Shown: positions 25,198 to 39,035 of the stretch, one piece after another
How positions within the stretch are numbered: the stretch's first letter is position 1
Layout of the letters: each line of letters opens with the position of its first letter
Origin: Hormiphora californensis
Taxonomy: Eukaryota; Animalia; Ctenophora
Reading direction: 5' to 3'
Length of the DNA stretch: 64,000 nt
NCBI GenBank assembly: GCA_020137815.1
Contig: CM035361.1
Location: 6,200,001 to 6,264,000 of the forward strand
Program-made: the position numbers and the translations under genes
The notes under the pieces: model-generated
Database searches by the model: none
What the model saw: the letters and a program-made list of their open reading frames with translations, nothing else
Told to the model about the DNA's origin: nothing

Positions 25198-25792
25198 ATC
25201 CTAACTGGAGGACGGATGGGAAGCTGTTTTGCAGCACCCTGTCTGGCACCACCATATACCGCCAGACAATTTCCTACAACTCTTATGAGGGATGCAATGT
25301 GATCCGAGCAACTTTGCATTTGTGAATTTTTCAAAACGTGAACCCCGGTCGGATTTCATGAACACGTATTTTTGACTTTAAGACGATATATCTGACGGTT
25401 GGTAAGACTTGGAACATCAATCTTGTACGCAAATGTTCGCCTGACAATTCTCTACAACACTGTTTTTGGTTGAGCCGTTTTGACCAATTTTTCGATGAGT
25501 TATGAGCATTTGAATGGAACCCACTCATCACCCAAAATCAGAGGTACGCAAGAAAGTGGGACACCCTGTACATGCAGCACCCCAAACCCCATGGTGCACT
25601 CAGATATTCAGGAGTCAGACAGAATAGCTAGTTCCGGTTCCCCAACAAGTGTTCAGACATGTTCATTGTTCATGTTCTAACACGTGCTTCATGTTCTAAC
25701 AGCGTGACTTTATTACCCTGTGGAGTCCAAAACTGTACAAAGCATACCCCTGAAAACCTTAAAAAGGGGGGAAACATTTTTTCCCCAAAAAC

Positions 25793-26551
25793 TTTGGAGG
25801 CGTTGCCATGGGAATGAAACAGGGAGAGAATAGAGAAGAGTGCTAAGTGTGAGATTTGATCTGAAGAGAGTTGTTGAGTAAGGGGGGACTCAACAAGAAG
25901 AGAGGGGACGGGACAAAACAACGAGACGTAATCACTCTGATAATTGCTAGGGACTGCTGGGGAACATTCAGAAGGGATTGTGAAGTGAATAAAGTGAATT
26001 AGTAGAGTTAGAAAGGGGAAATGAGATGCCATTTCCAGACCAAATTGACAAGAATAACAAGCGAGAAACGTATTACAAGTGGTATAGGTGTAGAATGAAG
26101 TTGCTATGCATCAGGATACCGCAGTGTGCTCCTTTATCAAACCAGGGATTGCATTTGAAGATTCAGAGCTGTTTGAGCCGCGCAAATAAACAGGAAATGC
26201 GCGCCACACAGTGGCTGGTGGCGTTGTAATATCTCCAAAGACATGATCGATACATTTGGAGGCGTTGCCATGGGAATGAAACAGGGAGAGAATAGAGAAG
26301 AGTGCTAAGTGTGAGATTTGATCTGAAGAGAGTTGTTGAGTAAGGGGGGACTCAACAAGAAGAGAGGGGACGGGACAAAACAACGAGACGTAATCACTCT
26401 GATAATTGCTAGGGACTGCTGGGGAACATTCAGAAGGGATTGTGAAGTGAATAAAGTGAATTAGTAGAGTTAGAAAGGGGAAATGAGATGCCATTTCCAG
26501 ACCAAATTGACAAGAATAACAAGCGAGAAACGTATTACAAGTGGTATAGGT
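25793..26551. repeat. Two apparently identical 297-bp direct repeats (25793-26089, 26255-26551)
   Basis: Same sequence at an offset of 462 bp; both copies carry the same minus-strand ORF start MASHFPFLTLLIHF. Confidence 0.9.
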
Positions 26552-26599
26552 CTTGGTCATGTGGTGTTTCAATGTAATTAATGCAACGGTATATAGTAC

Positions 26600-27246
26600 A
26601 TAACTCCCTCCCGCGCGTGCATCTATTCAATAGACGCACTGCAGAGCAGTGCGTCTATTGAGCTGTAATGCACGGGTCCCGAAGGGACCCGTGCGTTACA
26701 GCCCTGTAAATCCCGAGCGTCAGCGAGGGGTTTACAGGTATATCTGCACGTTAGGGAGGGAGTTGTGTTCTATAGACCCCGCTGGCGGGCACCTAGAAGC
26801 AAAACAAGCACAATTTACGTGGTTCTCAAACATAGAGCTCACACAAAACGGGTCAAATAGTTGGAAATGAAGCTACTAAGTGCCTCTCTACATTCCTACA
26901 CACTCGTACCAATCGTTTTAACAAATCAAAAGGGTGGAATGCTGAGAGAGATAACCGTTAATTGTGGGTCAAGAGGAACAGTTGCCAACAGACTGGCGGG
27001 CGCCAAATCTACACAGAGAGCGTAGTTGGTTGTACACACACTCCCTCTTGTGTTGTCATGTCATTTTATCGTGTTTCCAGTGATTCTTTGTGATCTTTAC
27101 ACAAATCTGTCACTGACACTGTCACTGACAGTGTCAGAGGGCGTGCGTCTATCGAGACACAAACTCACGGCAGTGCACGGCCCAATAGACCAGTGCAAAT
27201 TGTTTGAGCGCGCCGTGCGTCTATTTGAGCCGGCGGGGTCTATATA
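26600..27246. mobile_element. Unclassified element with two adjacent inverted-repeat modules
   Basis: taactccctccc...gggagggagttg enclosing GC hairpins (cccgaaggg, cccgagcgtcagcgaggg), then tatagaccccgc...gcggggtctata. Confidence 0.5.
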
Positions 27247-27686
27247 TGTTAGGAGAGTGAGATATTAGAAGAAAAATGATAGGGAGAGAGAGAGGGAAGT
27301 GATAGGGGAGAGAACGATAAACAGAGAGAGAGAGAGAATGAGAGAAAAGGAAATTGTAGAGAGAGAGAAAAGGAAATGAAAGTCCAGAACATTACGGAAT
27401 AATACGCGTTTTACCCATGACATGATTCTATGACATGACCATACCAAAATTTAAGACATTAAAACCTCCTTCCAGAATATTTTCTGACAGTTTTGATTGA
27501 TCGTGTCATTTATGCAGCATGCATGACGGATTGTTCTAGATTTTTCGTTTGTTTTTGCCATAAAGATCTATAAAAGGACCTCATATTTTACGGGAGAACT
27601 AGGTATTTACAAACCTGATTTTGTTAGTTATCTATAAACTCAAGGGGATATATGCAAATAGTAATTACAACTTTTGGTGTCTAATT

Positions 27687-27756
<70 letters not shown>

Positions 27757-28091
27757 TCTCTCTCTTGTCCACTTCCGTATTGTATTTGTTCAGCTCTTCA
27801 TAAATTGGATAAGTTCACGTTCTAATTTTGAAGTTACTTCTGCTGTATACTGTAAACTACTCAAAATGGATACACCGTTTTATGAAACCTAAACAGACAA
27901 TGAAAATGAGATATCGAGCCTCACGATATCTCATTATATGAGATATCGCGAGTCTCTTTATTCAATATGATCGTGATACGAAATGGAGATGTTTTAATTA
28001 TTTCCATGCAGTTCATTGTGATGGTAATTGTTGTGTCTGCGGACCTGCAGGAATAGCTTCACTTGTGAATAACGATTGTTAAATATCTCTG

Positions 28092-28206
<115 letters not shown>

Positions 28207-29346
28207 TTCTATTCCTGTATGATTCACATAGGAAGGTGGAGTATTTCTGTTTCCGTGAAATTGCGGTTCTAGATTTCACACGAGTCTTCAATTCATTCAT
28301 AAACATGTGTACCTGTCTATCTTTTTCTATCTTTCTATCTTTCTTCTCCCTCCCACACGAGCATTTAACCACACTTGATAACAACCGCAGTGCGTGGTTT
28401 TTAGCGTCTTTTTACCTCCTCTCCCTAACTTTTTGCGCTCAGCTCCAACTCTCACAGCGTCAGTTCTGATTCTTTTTTCCCTCGATTACTGTGGTTTTGT
28501 TGATGATGTACTTGCGGTGTGATAATCTAGAGCTGTTTGGCAGTGCTAAGTTTCTCTTGTTATGCAGGATTTTACAGGCTTTTTTCCGAGAGTTCCATTC
28601 TCAAAGTGGCTGTCCCAAGTTTTAGTCGTTAATAATTAACAGGCATAATTAATTGTTGTTTAATATTTGTATAACTAATAAAATGTAACTGCCATGTGTA
28701 TTATAATAGGATCGGGATCAATGACAGCTGGTGTTGTACCCTCATAATAACAAAGTCCAGGTATCAGCTGTAGGTTTTGTCATTAATGAGCCATTTAGGT
28801 GACAGTTTTGACGTCCATGCCCTAGGCTTTGTGTTCTCTCTCTCTCTCTCGACTCTCTCTCCCCGCCCTTCATCTCTCTGTCCGATCGTGACCGCTGGAA
28901 ATTTGGCCCGGGAAGGGGAGGATATGACTTATCTGCTCCTTCATTCACACTTCCGGAAGCTAATTCTGACAATCCATTGTACAGAGATTTGTATCACTTA
29001 GGTCACACATGATACTCTATAGCCATGTTTCTCTCTCTCTCTCTCTCTCTCTGCTTCTCTCCTGCAGTGCGATATCTCGATTCTATTGAAACTCATTTTT
29101 GACTCAAGAAATAGGTGCCAATAGGTCATCACCAAAAGAGATCTATAAATACAGCACATGTTATAGTGGTACTGCAGGACTTATTTATAATCATTTTGTA
29201 TTTTTAGTATCTATCTGATCTATCTTTCTTTATTCATCTTCGTTTCTTCTCTTTTTTCTGTGCAATCTTGTCTTGGCATGAACATTTGATGTGACGGAAG
29301 CGATGTCTAGATTATTTAGAATTGAGCTATTAGGGATCTCTATCCA

Positions 29347-29409
<63 letters not shown>

Positions 29410-30487
29410 TCTCGTCCTCTCTCCTCTCTCTCTACTCGCTCCTCTCTTCTCCTCTCTCTCTGTCTTTCTCTCTCTAACTCACTCTCATTTTATCTCTTAA
29501 TTTCTGTAAAGATTGTAGGAAATAAACCAGTTGTTGTTTCACACCGTGAGAAGGGCACACGCCCAAAGAAATCCAACAACTTCGTCTCCATTTCTTGCTT
29601 GACTTTACCCTGAAGATTCTGATGAATTTGTGCTGTTGCATAATAGTATGAACAACACAATGAAGAATAGATTCTGATGAAAGGTCGGAATATCTTTTGG
29701 TGATTTGGTCGTTCAACTTGCATCCGGGCTATTAAAATCAAGTTTCAAAACACATATCACAAACTTCATTCTTTATATTTTCTCATCTATGGAGTTTGGT
29801 CATCAACTCAAACAGATGCACATCGAGATTATCTGGCCATAATTAACTGTTGTTCATCATCAACCCATCATCAACTAGTTATAATTATCTAATCATCATT
29901 CCATGATTTCTTGTTTACCCGATATACATTTGAATTAATGACAGAATATTGGTATGAAGATCGTACGTCAGTTGGCAGTTGATCAGGAAGAGAATTAGGA
30001 AGAGAGAAGAAACTCAGAGAAATTCGAAGAAGGAACTCAGAGAAGGAACTGAGAGAAAGTTCAAAACTGAGAACTGAGAGAAAATTCAAAATCAGAGCTG
30101 TACTAGACGATTGTCGTGGGAATGAAAAATTCAGAATTTTATTTAAATTGAATTACAGCTTTGCACAATTAGCGATACCTGCTTTTGATTTGTTGTTGTA
30201 GATGCATATGCACCAGTTAGGTTAATTTCCTACTACATGAGCCGAACCCTCGTGAGAATGACTTGTTTTCGCGTTTCAAGAAACCAAGTATACTCGAAAA
30301 TTTCATATAGCAGTTGAATTTACAAATCTAAGCTTTCATGAGCCTGTCTAAATTTCTTGCCTACATCCTAAAAAACACTCTACACTTTGAGTGTTTTCTA
30401 TAGGAATCCAATTGAGTCTGCATTATGGGAGATCTTTATCCGTTTGAATCGGCCGGTACTAGAAGGTACCCGCCTCAAAAGCAATTC

Positions 30488-30573
<86 letters not shown>

Positions 30574-31073
30574 ACTCCTTGATCTGATCTTATTTTGTTC
30601 TAAAAACACCCTCCTGTCCCTCTCCAAATGGTGTCCGGCTGTAATAAACGGATATAGACTCATGATTCTAGGGAGCGTGAGAGAGGCAGATGAAAAAAGA
30701 GAGATAGAGAGAGTGAGAGAGTGAGAGAGAGAGACATATTTCATTTTTAAACACTGCTGTCTGCACTCTATGTACTTGATGTCTACACAGTTAGGACAAT
30801 AAGCTGCTATTATCATATGCGTTTCATTATGCGGAATAATGTGTGGGATTAACTTGAATTGCTGAATTCAGACGACTCAACGAATAACCTATGTGTGGGA
30901 TTTGAGGGGTTATTGAAAGTTGCCGGAATGATGGATAGTAGTAGAAATGATGTGGAAATTATAGTAACTTTGCGTTGCATCCGATTATTTGAAAGTGAGT
31001 TGTCTCTAAATGTCTGACGGAAACGTCGCGCTTTAGTAGGAAGAAGGAATAGAGAGAGGTAGCGAGAGAGAAT

Positions 31074-31143
<70 letters not shown>

Positions 31144-32118
31144 GAAAGAGAGAGAAAGAGAGGCCTCAGCACCACATACGCATGATGTTTGAGCTATGAA
31201 TATCTCCACGCACGTGCAGTATACTTGTGCAAGCTTTGAAAGCGGTTTTCGTCCTTAAAATTAGTCCCAGCAACTGCCATTATTTCTTGTGTATGTAATG
31301 CATTGCTTTTTTTCATTTTTCTGTCCATGGCCCACATATTTCCTTGATTCCCTGGGTGATGTAACAGTATCATTCGCTCTGAATTCCCCCGTCTATTATC
31401 CTACGGTATAAGCTGTAAACATAGACATCTATAACTTCTAATATAATATGTAAAGCTATAGCTGCAGTTTATAATTGTTCTTCCAAGCCGGAGGGTGTTA
31501 TTCGTAAAAAAAGTCTAAAGTTCCTACACAATTGGTAACTTCACGTAATTAACACCTTCCATCTTTCTACATTTAGAGTTGCAGGAAAGGGCGGGTCAGA
31601 ATAGTAAAATATTATATATCGCATATTTTACAACTTGTCACCAGGAGCTTTAGTGAAGGAATAGAAGCTGCCGATATAGACTCTGAATAATTCCTAGTTT
31701 TTCAAGTGATACCCCCCTCTTTACTAACTCGGGGGAGGGGGATATATCACATTGGTAATGTGTGTTGAAACAAAGCGCCTTTTGTCTCAATCTCCTTCTC
31801 CTTCTCTTCTTATTCTCCTTCTCCTTATTCTTCTTCTCTTTCCCGGTCCCGAGTGATATAATTAAGCTGCACAGCTTGATACACTTCACACAGTCCTGCC
31901 TGCCCCTTTTGTTTCAGTGCCAAAACTGCATCGCCCCTTTGTAAGTTGTATCTTGTTCAATTATACAAGTTATAATTATCATTTAGTTGTTCAGTTAATG
32001 CTCTTTCAATTTTGCTCGCGAGAAACACTTTATTAAATTGATTCAATTTCATAATGTGTTTTTTTTCGCCGATAATTCACACCATGAACTGACAATCACT
32101 CATTGTAGCTAACCCTAA

Positions 32119-33102
32119 ATGATGGGTATTATCTCCCTTCTACTATCGTCCCTTCTATCCCTCCTCCTACCCTCTACAATACGGGGAATAACCAGAAATG
32201 TTCGGCCCATTGATGGTGATGATTATTGTAAGTGGTTTTATGAAGGAGTAATGACTTAATATTTTATTTGATGAAGGAGTAGTAACACCCAATTTTAGTT
32301 TATGAAGGAGCACATGGTAATGGAGATTATCATGTGCTCCTTTGAATTTTTAATAGTTACTGGAGCACAGACACAGTGTCAATCTACTCAAATGCTCCTT
32401 CGTAATCTAATTAATTGAATAGAAACAATTTTGATCGATGTGTGCGAAAATCGGTCCATTATTCTGGGCAAATTTCAAATTTGGTCACTGCGATAGTGTC
32501 ATATCACTAAACCGGTGGTATAAACATTAAACACAAAACATGTAAATCTAGGGTGCCAAAATGCTTTCTAATTTCTCTGACCCCCCTCTCTCCCATATTT
32601 TCAGACAGCAGATTACTGGAAGGTAACTGGGGTAGAATTTTTGTGAGAGAAGTAAAGTACTGTTTCGAGGCGACCAACGAGAGTCATATTGTGAGGTGAG
32701 TGAACTAATTAATTTTAATTAAATTCGGTTAATTGCATGTTGAGTGATTAACTTAAATTTAGAATTAATTCCAGTCGAGAAATCTAGAATCATGATAGAT
32801 CTAGAAGCAGTTTCTATCCAAATTATCCGTCCAGCACGTGACCATATTATCCATGTTAAAATGTGCCTTACTCACAGAAAAAATGAAACTCGTGCTATTT
32901 GGTACACGTCTAGCGGGAGTGGGGGACTGGTGCTAAGGTAGATGTAGCAGGCGGGTCGACTGCGGGACTGCCTTTGTAAATAGTTCCATGCGGTGTAACA
33001 CTATAATTTACTAAAAGCTTAAGTGAGGTGAAATTATAGGCGGGGTTTGTCTTAGACAAAGTGGGATGCACTTTAGTTTTAGTCAGAGTTTTAGAAGATA
33101 GA

Positions 33103-33152
<50 letters not shown>

Positions 33153-33153
33153 T

Positions 33154-33234
<81 letters not shown>

Positions 33235-33374
33235 AGAAAGAGAGAGTTGTAAGAATGTAAGTCGATTCATGGGTAGGGTGAGTTGCTTTTTCAATTTGTC
33301 AGACTTCGCAGATCATGCTCCATAGCTCCCCTTTAGGCCGTAACATTATATTTCGCTTGCTTTCTCTCTCTCTA

Positions 33375-33426
<52 letters not shown>

Positions 33427-36400
33427 TCTCTCTCTCTCTTTCTTTTTAATTTCTATCCAACTTTCATTTCTTCTTTCATTCATTTCTCTATTCATATCAG
33501 AGAGTAAGCCTGGGGTACGGCCTGAATGAGTCTGGGCGAAATGCTTCGAAATCAATTACCCGTCTATTTCATTGTACCGAAACTATCAGAATAGCGATAT
33601 CTAGATGATTTCAGTTGCGTATTTTAAAAGATATATATCACGAGAATCGAGCCAATAAATATCACAACTCGTCGAGACGTTGAGACAATATCATATCGTA
33701 TTGTCAGTGAGAGAATGAGTGAGACAGATCAAAACTAACAATCCCCCATCTTTATTTCAGCACGCCCTGTAATAAAACAGACCTCCGACAGATTTGGATG
33801 CTGAACGAGGACAACCAACTTGTCAACTTTTATCACAAGTGAGTAACAAGCTCTTTTCATTGAAACTGATACAAATCAATTGTTTAAACCAGCAATGGAC
33901 ATTTATAGCGCTGGCAAGCGCCCGGGGCCCATTTATAGCGTGTCTTTACGAAAATCAATATCGACACACCGTGTCACTCACTATATTTTTAGTTTCCTCT
34001 TACCTTGTACCTCTCTCCCAGATTGTGTCTAGCCCCGCTCAGTACGGATGGTCGAGATACCAGAATTGGACTGAGCCAGTGTAACCCGGACGACCCGAAC
34101 CAAAAGTGGACGCCAAATTCGAGTGTGCTGAATGATTTCACCCTTCAGTCGACCTCCCTGCAGCAGTGCCTTGATGTTAATGGTAAGTGGTATTAGGATT
34201 CTTTCATGGGTCCAAACAAATCTACAACTAAAGTCCAATTTTTATTTAAGCGACAGGCCGCCGCGCATCAAAATGCAGCGCTTGAAATCGATTTCCGGTT
34301 CCTGATAAGCTAGCGACTTTTTCTTGGTGCCATTAGAAAGATAAAAATTTTATCTTTCCAACGCAACCAGGATCAAGTCTTTATCTTATCAGGAACCGGA
34401 GATATGACCAATTAACCAATTGAGTGCGCGGCGGCCTGTCGCTTAAATAAAAAATTCGACTATAATTCTTTGTAATTGAACTATCAGACCTCACGCCAAG
34501 CACCTACCCTCTTAGAGGGTCCCTCTATTCACATTTTTCCACTAACCAATATATTCTTATTGAACTTTTGCCTTTTTCGGCCCTCTCTCTAATGGGTTTG
34601 AACAAAAAAGTGTCCTCTCCATCTGCTTACTCTGAGTTTCTAATTGGTAATGAAATTCCCCCTCTGCGCTAGCTCACGGATGCAATAATAGGGGTGACTT
34701 CGTAACCAAAGTTTCTAACAGGTTACGCAGTGCAAAGAACAGAAAGGGTGCAGTTATCTACATGTGAGGGGGTATTTGACTCGAGCGGGAGATCCAGTGA
34801 TCAATATCTCCAGTTTTCTGTGAGCTACACTCAAATCGGTAAATAATTAACTAATTAAATAATTAACTAATTACCTTTCTTATAACAGATTAAGTTTAAG
34901 TAATCATTAACTTAGCTAGTTTAGTGATTAATCTCTATTTCCCATAAAAATAATAATAAACTCTATAATTAGTTTATAATTAACTCTCTAATTAACTAAT
35001 TTTATGGCCACTCTATTTCTCTAACTCCATTTCTCTAACTCAATTTCTCTAACTCAATTTCCCCCCATTTCCCCACAGCCATCCAAACCTCTGATGCGGT
35101 TATCAGTGATGGGGACATGGCCAAGGTATCCTGTCTTCTTCTCAACACCCCAAAGGCACCTGACTACGTAGTGTGGTCGAATGATAATGTCAAAATCGAG
35201 GAATTTTCATCATGTCAGTGGATATCGCATATCGGTACGTTTCCATTGGATATGTAACTTGTGGTGTTATTTACACCACCAGCCACTCCCAAAATTCACC
35301 CCAAACATTTTCATTTCTCCTAGACCCCTCCTAGATCTAGATTCACCCAGGAACTCCACCCTTTCCCCAATTTCCCTCCATCCCTCCATCCCCTAATTTT
35401 ACCCCCACTTTCCACCCCAATCCCCCCACAATTTTACCCTCTCTTTCCAACCTCTCCCTTCGCCCTCAGTTTACCATTTCCTCTCCCTCCATTTACCCTC
35501 CCTTAGCTCCTTCCTCTTCCACCCCTCCCTTGACGACCTCCTTTTACCCTATACCCTCCTCCCCCTTCAGACGGGTATCTACAACAACAACTCCATGTTG
35601 ACTATCCTGACAATCGATAACCCCGCAACCCGGGCTGAACTATGGACCTGTACTTTCCTTGTTGATAACCTGAGTTTTGTGGGGACTGCTACTGTTGATG
35701 TACCTGGTGAGTGGGAGGGGCAGGGTGGGGACTGCTACTGTTGATGTACCTGGTGAGTGGGAGGGGCAGGGTGGGGACTGCTACTGTTGATGTACCTGGT
35801 GAGTGGGAGGGGCAGGGTGGGGACTGCTACTGTTGATGTACCTGGTGAGTGGGAGGGGCAGGGTGGGGACTGCTACTGTTGATGTACCTGGTGAGTGGGA
35901 GGGGCAGGGTGGGGACTGCTACTGTTGATGTACCTGGTGAGTGGGAGGGGCAGGGTGGGAACTGCTACTGTTGATGTACCTGGTGAGTGGGAGGGGCAGG
36001 GTGGGAACTGCTACTGTTGATGTACCTGGTGAGTGGGAGGGGCAGGGTGGGGACTGCTACTGTTGATGTACCTGGTGAGTGGGAGGGGCAGGGTGGGGAC
36101 TGCTACTGTTGATGTACCTGGTGAGTGGGAGGGGCAGGGTGGGGACTGCTACTGTTGATGTACCTGGTGAGTGGGAGGGGCAGGGTGGGGACTGCTACTG
36201 TTGATGTACCTGGTGAGTGGGAGGGGCAGGGTGGGGACTGCTACTGTTGATGTACCTGGTGAGTGGGAGGGGTTGTGGGATGGGGTTGGTGGGAGTGTTG
36301 TTGAGCCGTTGAGGGGAGGGGTAGTGACCGGGTATGGGTGTGGAGATGGGGTGGAGATGGGATGGGGTGGGGCGATGCAGTGGTAGGGGTGGTCTTGAGT

Positions 36401-38269
36401 GGTAACTGGTAGGGGTGGGCGGTTCTAGAGAGGCAGTGGGGGGGTGGGATGGGGTAGGCCGGTGTTGTTGAGCCGTTGAGGGGCGGGGTAGTGGGGTATG
36501 GGTGGGGATGTGGGGTATGGGTGGGGATGAGGCGGGGTGTTCAAAACTCTAGAGAGACAGGGCGTGGGAAGGGGGACCAAAAATAGGACCACTTCAGATT
36601 GTCAAAACGTACTGGCTGGTTTATTATCAGTTAATGAAATTGTGGGGGAGGAATATTCGTAGAGACAGATAGGGAAGGGTGCCGTGAATTCAGTTGAAGG
36701 AATTGAACATGCATTTGTGTTAGAGTGTGAGGGCTAGCCTGGGCTCTTATCTGTAGGTTTTAATCGGTAGAAATTATGAAAATTATCGGCCATTTTGGAT
36801 ATCATATTCGGAGCAGTGTTCTGTCCCTACTCACACAAGATGAGAGAAATGGGGTTCATTGAGAGACATATGATTTCCCTATTAGGGGAATAGGGAGGGG
36901 GACTCTGGGAAAGGAGCTATGCCGAAATAACAAAACCATTTATTTTAGTTTGTTTTGTATCTCAGTAACATCTTCCGTTCTCTACTCAGATGTGTCTTGT
37001 TCCGGGTCAGTGTCAAAGGACTCCCTAACCTCAGCTGTCGAGTGCTGTTACAATGGAAAGTTTCAACCAACGTCAATTCTCTGGTAAGAGTTACCATGGT
37101 TACCATGGTTACCATTATAGGGTGTGGGTTAAGGTGGTTACCATGGTTACTCATTTCATTATTTCAACTGGGATTTACTGGGGTTTTGGAAGGTTTTAAC
37201 AGACTAGCTCCCATTTCCTAGATCCCATTTCCTCGCATATCTAACCACATTCTCTACCAGGAAAGAACGAGGATATTCCAACAAACAAACCCAGGAGACC
37301 TACGATATAAAAAGTAGCGCTTTCTACAATTCTACCCAGTGCACAACCCTCTACCTTCCCCGGAATTCAGTTTGGATATCATTTACTGTCACTTTTGATA
37401 CACCCTACAAGACGTTAGGTATGTTACTAATTGTTACTAATTGTTACCATGGTTACCATGGTTACCATTCTCCAGTAATTGTCACTGATCCAGGATCAGC
37501 GATCCTATACTATCAGCCTCTCGTACGCACCACAACCCCTACCCAAAATGGTACAACTATATCTAAACCCCATCTCTATTTCAGTCGAGAGTTTCACAGT
37601 TGGACCCACGGAGTCCTTCCCCTTTAAAAGTACAACATCTCCCCAGTGGAGGGGGTCATCACGGACAAGTGACGGGTATAAGATAGTAATGGAGGGAAAT
37701 GAGGTGGAGAGAAATGCAAATCAAAGCGGGATTGTGCAATCTTTAGGGGTGAGTAGTAATAGTTGGAGATACACCCAAATAGCTCTGTAATCTATATTAG
37801 ACAATTTTAACCGGTTATCTAAGTTTTCACAGTACACCGTTTCCGGTGGTTAAAGTGTACTGTGAAATTTTAGACCACTGCAAAAACACTAGTAATTATA
37901 AAGTAAAATACCGCTGCAGTGGTATGTGAAAAATTAAACACTTTCTAGTCACACGCACACAGTGTGAACATTACGTCACTACACAGTACACACGCCCTAA
38001 CTACTGCACACGCAACAGCACACGCTTATCTTTTCTTTCCCTCTGCGACATGTTGCAACTCTTCTAGGTCACGTGATCGTCACACACGCCCTAACCCTTA
38101 TCTTTTCTTCCCCTCTGCAACTATAGGTCACGTGATCGTCACGTGATCGTCACCACCCCAATAAGCGTCCTGCATCTGCTTTCCCTCTCTGCCTTCGATT
38201 CTCTCTTTCCCTATCTCTCTCTCACACACATTCTCTTTCTCTTTCTCTCTTTCTCTCTTTCTCTCTTTC

Positions 38270-38339
<70 letters not shown>

Positions 38340-38854
38340 ACTCGCTCAATCTTTATCTCGTTCACTCAGTTTGTTTCCAAAATTATCTAATAAAATTAGA
38401 TGACTGCTTTTACATGCTCTATTACACAACAATAAGGTTAAAGATTCTTTCACTTTTAGGCCTCGCAGGCTCGGCCCAAAAGTACAACTACAGAGCTCGC
38501 AGGCTCGCTCAGTAGTTACACTTAGCGTGCCTCGCAGGCTCGGCAGCTAAGTAAAAGGATCTACCTCGACCTGTCGGTCTCGGTTCATTATTGTTGTATT
38601 TAGAGCACTCGGCCTTCGGCCTCGTGCACTAAAAAGTAATAGACCATTTTAACCAGTCATCTAATCATATATCATATCACTCAATCCAATCGCCCTTGTC
38701 ACGTCAAATCAGTTGATCAGTCAGAGATGTTTATGTTCTGTAAAAGTAAAAACTGTAAAAGTTCTAACCAACTTCTCTCTTTCAGAATTCAGCTGGAAGC
38801 AGAGAGACATCGACGATATTCCTTCTTCTTCTTCTTCCCTTCTTTCTAACGTGA
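32119..38854 (+). CDS. GPI-anchored cell-surface protein: signal peptide, ricin-B (QxW) beta-trefoil lectin, two Ig-like domains, S/T linker, GPI signal
   Basis: Exons 32119-32227 (MMGIISLLLSSLLSLLLPSTIRG), 32605-32695, 33761-33838 (CNKTDLRQIW), 34022-34182 (LCL...CNPDDPNQKW...QCLDV), 34722-34838, 35079-35234 (KVSC...VVW; needs a 1-nt indel correction), 35571-35706 (LTI...WTC), 36990-37083, 37261-37418, 37476-37550, 37585-37748, 38786-38854 (NSAGSRETSTIFLLLLLPFFLT*). Phases are otherwise consistent. Confidence 0.82.
34231..34462. mobile_element. Palindromic MITE with TA target duplication
   Basis: AAGTCCAATTTTTATTTAAGCGACAGGCCGCCGCGC ... GCGCGGCGGCCTGTCGCTTAAATAAAAAATTCGACTA, TA flanks; terminus similar to 40216-40366. 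Confidence 0.8.
35679..36272 (+). repeat. 13 x 46-bp tandem repeat of an Ig exon end plus GTGAGT donor
   Basis: Unit GTGGGGACTGCTACTGTTGATGTACCTG|gtgagtgggaggggcagg; the first copy is the true exon end (35706). Confidence 0.95.
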
Positions 38855-39035
38855 CGATGTGATGATATGTCCCAATAATAATACTCAAGTGTGTCAGAGA
38901 CAATTAGGATATCCACAATTAGGATATCCACAATTAGGATATCCACAATTATCCACGTGGATCCATCAGATGTAAATTCCAGTCCAGAGCTGCCGCTGCT
39001 GCAATTGTGTGGATATTGTTTGGGGTCCGGAACTA

